Below are positions 63,317 through 64,000 of a stretch of 64,000 nt of DNA, one piece after another (the stretch's first letter is position 1; each line of letters begins with the position of its first letter). Location: NCBI RefSeq assembly GCF_006345805.1, contig NC_043000.1, forward strand, positions 141,670,001-141,734,000. The letters run 5' to 3'. Source of the stretch: Octopus sinensis. Taxonomy: Eukaryota. The translations under genes and the position numbers were made by a program. Under the pieces are notes generated by a model, which did no database searches, was not told the DNA's origin, and worked only from the letters and a program-made list of their open reading frames with translations.

Positions 63317-64000
63317 TCACGTACAGACTCATGCACATCGATACATGTGTGTGTGTGTATTGTGTGTGTCAATGGGCAGCTAAATATGATGATAAATGGA
63401 ATCGAAATAAAGAAAGGAGGAAAGGAATGAGTTCAATTTTCAGAGAATATTTGCCATAGAAAGTAGAATTATGTGTCATAAAGGATAATAATTCCTCAAA
63501 AAACTATTGGCTGCCTTTTTAAACGCAAACACTTCATGGCAGGGTTGCGCACGAAACAAAATCGATAGAAACAAACAATGCGATAGAGAAGCGGTACAGT
63601 ACTTGTGCATTAAAAATCCTTGTAGATTGTGAACAAATAACGTGTCGTTATATTGTGTCAATTTAAAAAAAAAAATAAAGATTAAATGAATAATATCTAA
63701 GTAAATATTTTAAGATGTGAACAGAAACAAGGGAAATAAAATAGTAAGATTAAGAAATACAATACAAAGTATAATTTATAATCCGGAGATGACGAAGTCG
63801 ATGCAATGTTATCTCATAGGTTGAGTGGTAGTACTTACACTGCTGCAAATGCATGTATATATATATTGAAAGTATTGTTAATATTGGAGTCTGATGCATA
63901 ATACGGATTTATGCTGTGAAAAGGGATGTGTAATTGACAACATAGATCGTATCTTGATACTTCTATATTCTCTGTGCCGCTTTTATTGCCCAAAACATCA

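Overview
AT-rich, microsatellite-saturated eukaryotic DNA with no recognisable host protein-coding gene. The SINE families and (TA)n/(ATT)n/(GATA)n load suggest an octopus or other cephalopod genome (inference). Most ORFs in the supplied track are translations of simple repeats. The real content is mobile DNA: a near-intact Penelope-like element (PLE; RT + GIY-YIG, one in-frame stop), two further degraded PLEs, R4/Dong, CR1 and L1/Tx1 LINE fragments, mariner (D34D) and maT-like transposons, three non-autonomous Helitrons, MITE/fold-back elements and several tRNA-SINEs. The main finding is a set of non-coding elements that sit in (TA)n tracts and carry hammerhead ribozymes (retrozyme-like). (i) A ~7.6 x ~482-bp tandem array with a hammerhead in each unit (42570-46210). 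(ii) A related ~496-bp family inserted as two divergent, longer-than-monomer arms (21426-22650); the two families share a long-range RNA fold with a compensatory change and the same 3' TA-rich junction. (iii) A third family (25912-26090, 48339-49460) whose minus strand has all hammerhead core elements in a non-circularly permuted (pseudoknotted) order, with a compensatory change between copies. All ribozyme calls are from manual base-pairing and have not been tested. Boundaries of degraded elements are approximate.
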